A stretch of 64,000 nt of DNA from Vicinamibacteria bacterium (GTDB taxonomy: Bacteria; Acidobacteriota; Vicinamibacteria; Marinacidobacterales; Marinacidobacteraceae): the NCBI GenBank assembly GCA_963422395.1, contig OY729431.1:2688001-2752000 (forward strand). The letters are read 5' to 3'. The position numbers and the translations under genes were made by a program. Below are positions 60,297 through 64,000 of the stretch, piece by piece. A model generated the notes under the pieces. The model ran no database searches and was not told the DNA's origin. It saw only the letters and a list, made by a program, of their open reading frames with translations. Each line of letters begins with the position of its first letter. Position 1 is the stretch's first letter.

Positions 60297-60317
60297 CTAG
60301 CAGCCTGTGGACGAAGT
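60297..60317. repeat. MITE/IS-end-like repeat, copy 2
   Basis: CTAGCAGCCTGTGGACGAAGT differs from 24959-24979 at one base. Confidence 0.75.
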
Positions 60318-60426
60318 CCCCCGGCCGTCCCGGGTAGCGGGCGGCCCCCGGTCAGGGAGACCCTCTCAGTCTCCGGCGTGTTCGCGGAGCCCCGCATGGA
60401 ACACCCGACCAAAGGCCGGCGATGCA

Positions 60427-61041
60427 TCACGGGGAATCTGCTTCTGCCAACGGGGGAGCGCCGCCTCTCGGTTCGGCAAGGAGTTCGCGGAAAATGCCGA
60501 GGGATTCCGGAGCCGCCCAGTCACGGGCCCCGACGATGTGCGAGGCGAGGCGGCCGTCGCGCCGGATGATCCAGGTCTCGGGGAACTGGAAGACCTCGTA
60601 GCGTCGCGAAACCCGCTTCCCCAGATCGTGGAGAACCAGGAAACGGAGTTCGTGCTCGGCGACGAACGGAGCGATGTCTGCGTAGCGCTCGTCCACCGAC
60701 ACCCCGACGACGACCAGCCCCTCGTCCCCCAGGATGTCTTCGAGCCGCTGGAGCGACGGCATTTCCTCCACGCAGGGCGGACACCAGGTGGCCCAGAAAT
60801 TCAGCACCACCACCCGGCCGGCGAAGCTCTCCAGCCGATGGAGGCGGTTTTCGAGATCCCGCAGTTCGAATGACGGCGCCTTCGCCCCGAGCGCCGGAGG
60901 GTCCGGTCTGCCGTGGCAACCGGGCCCGGCGAACGAGAGGAGCGCGAGGATCGCCGCAACCCACACGGGGTGCGGAACCGCACAAGCGCGTTGCGAGCCG
61001 GGAGAACGCACCGCCGCCGGTTTCCGGGATTCCTCCCGCAT
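60427..61041 (-). CDS. TlpA/ResA-family thiol-disulfide oxidoreductase (lipoprotein; start uncertain)
   Basis: VLNFWATWCPPCVEEMP, FPETW, GARDW. Confidence 0.9.
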   Translation of the reverse strand: MREESRKPAAVRSPGSQRACAVPHPVWVAAILALLSFAGPGCHGRPDPPALGAKAPSFELRDLENRLHRLESFAGRVVVLNFWATWCPPCVEEMPSLQRLEDILGDEGLVVVGVSVDERYADIAPFVAEHELRFLVLHDLGKRVSRRYEVFQFPETWIIRRDGRLASHIVGARDWAAPESLGIFRELLAEPRGGAPPLAEADSP

Positions 61042-61112
61042 TCCCCCATCGGCGCCCGGACCGAAGAACAACGAGCCGTCCATCGCGTTTCGCAGTGTAA
61101 CGGCGCTGCCCT

Positions 61113-61158
61113 CAGCAGCCTGTGTGCAAAACCGGACCACTTCATCCACAGGCGGTTA
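61113..61158. repeat. Two inward-facing copies of the same end motif (mini-element)
   Basis: CAGCAGCCTGTGTGCAAAA...CCACTTCATCCACAGGCGGTTA. Confidence 0.6.
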
Positions 61159-61184
61159 CGCGAGAATACGCCGCCCCTCGATCG

Positions 61185-62423
61185 ATGGTGGCGCTCCTCA
61201 GGCGATTCGCACTTCCCTGCGCAGTGGCAGGCGCGCTTTCTCCGGCGTTTCTCCACGGACAGGCTCCGACGGCGACGGACCGCAGGGTGGCGCACCTGGA
61301 TCGAGAAGGAGCGCAATTCCTCTTCGATTACGACTTCGCGGAGGCCGAGCGGGTGTACCGGGAGCTCAGCGAGGAATTCTCCGAGCATCCTGCAGGACCC
61401 TACAACCGGGCTGCGGTCATCTGGACCCGGCTCGCCCAGCGAAGCGGAGGGATGCGCGGCTCCACCCACCGGGGCGACCGCTACTGGACGCAAACCAGAA
61501 CACCGGAGCTGCGCGCCGGAGAAGAGGAGCGGTTCCGCCAGCATGTCGCCGAGGCGTTCGCCCGCGCCGACCGGGCCATCGAGCAGAATCCGAAGGATCG
61601 GGAAGCCCGCTATTACCGCGGCGCCACCGAGGCGCTGGAGTCCGGTTGGAAGATCATCGTCGAGCGTTCCTACCTCGGCGGTTTCCTCTCGATCCGGAGG
61701 GCAGTGAACCGGCACCGCCGCCTCCTCGAGGAGGATCCGAATTTCCTGGATGCGCAGGCCCTTCCCGGGGCCTACGACTACGGCCTGGCCACCTTGCCGC
61801 GAGCACTCCGGGTGATCGCTTCGCTCTTCGGAGCCACGGGTGACAAGGAACGCGGGATCGATGGAGTCCGAACCGTCGCCACTCGGGGGGTCCGGGCGCG
61901 CTGGGGGGCGCTTTGGACCCTGGCAGTGCTGCTGCAGCGCGAACAGAGGTTCGCCGAAGCGCTCACCGCCGTGAGGGAACTCCGGAAGAGGTTTCCCCGA
62001 AACCCCGACTACGCCCTCGAGGAAATGGGCCTTCTCATCGCCCAGCGAGACTTTCGCGAGGCGCGGGTCGAAGTGCGCACCTTCATGGAGCGTCGAGACG
62101 CTGGGTTCGGGAATTACCGCCTGGCGGCGGCGGGACTCCCTGAACTGCGCCTCGGGGAGGCCTATCTCTTCGAGGAGAATTGGGAAGCTGCCGAGAAGGC
62201 CTTCGGCCTCGGGCTCGCTGCTTCCCCGCTGTCGGAACTTTCGGCCATGCTGTTCTTCCGCCGCGGCAACGCCCTCGACGGAATGGGGCGCCGGTCCGAC
62301 GGCCTCCGTGACTATCTACAGGTTCGCCGACTCGATGCCGACGAGGTCCTCAGCGAATGGGCCGGGCGTCTCCTGAGCACCCCCTGGCCCGAGGGTGCCC
62401 CGGAAGGAGCCGCGCCTCCGTGA
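61185..62423 (+). CDS. Exported TPR-like protein
   Basis: Signal peptide; F.YDF.EA..Y, DP.F.DA...G.YDY, GDKERGI, FPRN patterns. Confidence 0.78.
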   Translation: MVALLRRFALPCAVAGALSPAFLHGQAPTATDRRVAHLDREGAQFLFDYDFAEAERVYRELSEEFSEHPAGPYNRAAVIWTRLAQRSGGMRGSTHRGDRYWTQTRTPELRAGEEERFRQHVAEAFARADRAIEQNPKDREARYYRGATEALESGWKIIVERSYLGGFLSIRRAVNRHRRLLEEDPNFLDAQALPGAYDYGLATLPRALRVIASLFGATGDKERGIDGVRTVATRGVRARWGALWTLAVLLQREQRFAEALTAVRELRKRFPRNPDYALEEMGLLIAQRDFREARVEVRTFMERRDAGFGNYRLAAAGLPELRLGEAYLFEENWEAAEKAFGLGLAASPLSELSAMLFFRRGNALDGMGRRSDGLRDYLQVRRLDADEVLSEWAGRLLSTPWPEGAPEGAAPP

Positions 62424-62441
62424 TCCGGAACGCGGAATGGT

Positions 62442-62459
62442 CCGCCCGCCACCGGGCGG
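62442..62459. terminator. GC hairpin between convergent genes
   Basis: CCGCCCG-CCAC-CGGGCGG, no U-tract. Confidence 0.35.
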
Positions 62460-62470
62460 GAGGTCCCGAC

Positions 62471-63253
62471 CTACTCGGCGCTGAAGGTGAAACTCGCGTC
62501 CACGGTCGCCATCTCCGCGACGCTCACCGGCATCTCCATCTCCCCGAGACGCTCATGCCAGACGCTGACGATGTACTCCCCGGGAGGCAGATCCCCGATG
62601 CTGAAGGAGCCGTCCGGACCGCTGACCGCGAAATACGGATGGTCCAGAACGCCGGCGTAGCTGTTCATCCAGCGGTGCACATCACACTTGAAGGGCACCA
62701 TGACCTCCACGGTATCGAAGGTGCGCGTGGTGCTCATGTTCTGCACCGGCTGCCCGATGTTGAATTCCCGATTGCTGACAGGCGTCGCGTGGATGTTGTG
62801 GAGCGTCATGTCGCTGTTCAGAATTTCGAGCGGCTGCCCTACCTGGAGGCCGAGCACATGAGGAACATAGACACAACCCTGCTGGTTCAGCGTCACCGGT
62901 TCGGTCGGGGTGGGGAAGCGCATCCCCTCGAGGCCGCTCTTGACATAGACGAAGGCGTTTCCGAGCCCGCCTTCCGTGTCGGTGATGACGAACTCGGTCA
63001 TCACCGCGCTCTCGTGCATCCGGGCGCAATTCGGGTCGGCGGCCATCTGGATCGCATCTGCGGGCGGCGCCTCGCCGTCGAGCATGATCTTCCCGGTGAT
63101 CGTGCCGGCAGTCGCCGGGTCCACCGTGGCCGCAGGCGAAGCCGCGTCCAAGTCGGAGCCTGCGTCATCGCCGCCGCCGCCGCAAGCGGCAAGCGCACCG
63201 AAAACGAAGAAAATCGAGAGCTGGAAGAGCAAACGAGGGACTCTTTGAAACAT
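62471..63253 (-). CDS. Lipoprotein with cupredoxin-like and carboxypeptidase-regulatory-like domains
   Basis: Lipobox LAAC, QQGCVYVPHV, LHNIH, KCDVHRWM, HPYFAV, WHE. Start ATG 63253. Confidence 0.82.
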   Translation of the reverse strand: MFQRVPRLLFQLSIFFVFGALAACGGGGDDAGSDLDAASPAATVDPATAGTITGKIMLDGEAPPADAIQMAADPNCARMHESAVMTEFVITDTEGGLGNAFVYVKSGLEGMRFPTPTEPVTLNQQGCVYVPHVLGLQVGQPLEILNSDMTLHNIHATPVSNREFNIGQPVQNMSTTRTFDTVEVMVPFKCDVHRWMNSYAGVLDHPYFAVSGPDGSFSIGDLPPGEYIVSVWHERLGEMEMPVSVAEMATVDASFTFSAE

Positions 63254-63424
63254 ATTCCGGGGAACCTCCGTTCCGTCAGTGGTTGTGAAGCGCCCGGTGC
63301 TCGCCGATCGAACGGGTTCGGATCGCGGATCAGAGCTGGGATTCCGACGCAGAAGAGCGGATCCCCACCAGAGCGGCCGCAATTCTACGGCGGCAGGAGG
63401 GGGCCGGCAACCCGCCGCCGGAGC

Positions 63425-64000
63425 ATGATGAAGATCGTGCTCGCCCGGATGGCGGTCCTCACGGCGATACTCGACTTCGGCGTCACCGGAGCTTTCGCCG
63501 CCCAGGAAGGGATCCCGACGCCGGGTCAGGATCCGTTCCGCATCCAGGTCCAGGTCGAAGCGGTCCACCTCGGGGTCGCAGTCAGCGACGGCCGAGGCCG
63601 CTTCGTCTCCGGCCTCAACGCGGCGGACTTCGAAGTGCGGGAAGACGGGATTCCCCAGGAACTGACCTTCTTCGCCGCCGAGGCTGCACCGCTCACCATC
63701 CTCGTGCTGCTCGACGCCTCGCTCAGTATGCGAGCGAGTCTCGACTATGTGAAGGAGGCAGCCGCTACCTTCGTGGATCGTCTCTGGGAAGGCGACCGCG
63801 CCATGATCGGTGAGTTCAACGATCGGGTGCACTTCGGAGGCGAGTTCACCGAGGACAAGTTTCGGCTCACTTCGAGCATCCTCGCTCTCAACCCTTTAGG
63901 ACCCACTGCGCTCTACGACGCTTCGATCCTGTCGCTCGATCGGCTCCACTTCGCTGATGGAGACCGGAAGGCACTGCTCGTGTTCACCGACGGCGACGAT
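63425..64000 (+). CDS. VWA domain protein, acidobacterial type (runs off window)
   Basis: Manual translation: GRFVSGLNAADFEVREDG, MIDAS DASLS, TALYDA, VFTDGDD. Confidence 0.88.
   Translation, partial: MMKIVLARMAVLTAILDFGVTGAFAAQEGIPTPGQDPFRIQVQVEAVHLGVAVSDGRGRFVSGLNAADFEVREDGIPQELTFFAAEAAPLTILVLLDASLSMRASLDYVKEAAATFVDRLWEGDRAMIGEFNDRVHFGGEFTEDKFRLTSSILALNPLGPTALYDASILSLDRLHFADGDRKALLVFTDGDD

Overview
High-GC bacterial chromosome segment, probably Acidobacteriota. This is an inference from the Cys-rich RpoB insert, a GWxTD protein, an Oar-like TonB receptor and an acidobacterial-type VWA protein. 1-25 kb is a minus-strand housekeeping run: purH, TPR, LolB-like, ispE, tRNA-Gln, prs, rplY, pth, rpsF, rpsR, rplI, dnaB, radA, ispDF, rlmB, four tRNAs, tuf, rpmG, tRNA-Trp, secE, nusG, rplK, rplA, rplJ, rplL, rpoB and the start of rpoC. 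A divergent plus-strand operon (MBL hydrolase, purB, purS, purQ, purL, purF) follows a promoter preceded by two tandem NrdR-like boxes. That operon is interrupted twice. The first interruption is a ~9.7 kb integrase-free insert between reciprocally decayed purB-purS duplicates; it carries a TonB receptor whose C-terminal beta-signal was cut off by an IS5, a GWxTD protein and a TolB-like/PHP hydrolase. The second is a ~0.5 kb gene relic before purF. The right third encodes peptidases (M16, S9, M24), a double cyclophilin, YpdA, a Tat D-aminoacylase, rpoZ, envelope proteins and an orphan 2090-aa tandem-STAND-like NTPase, which is a candidate conflict/defence protein. All calls come from reading the sequence; no searches were run.
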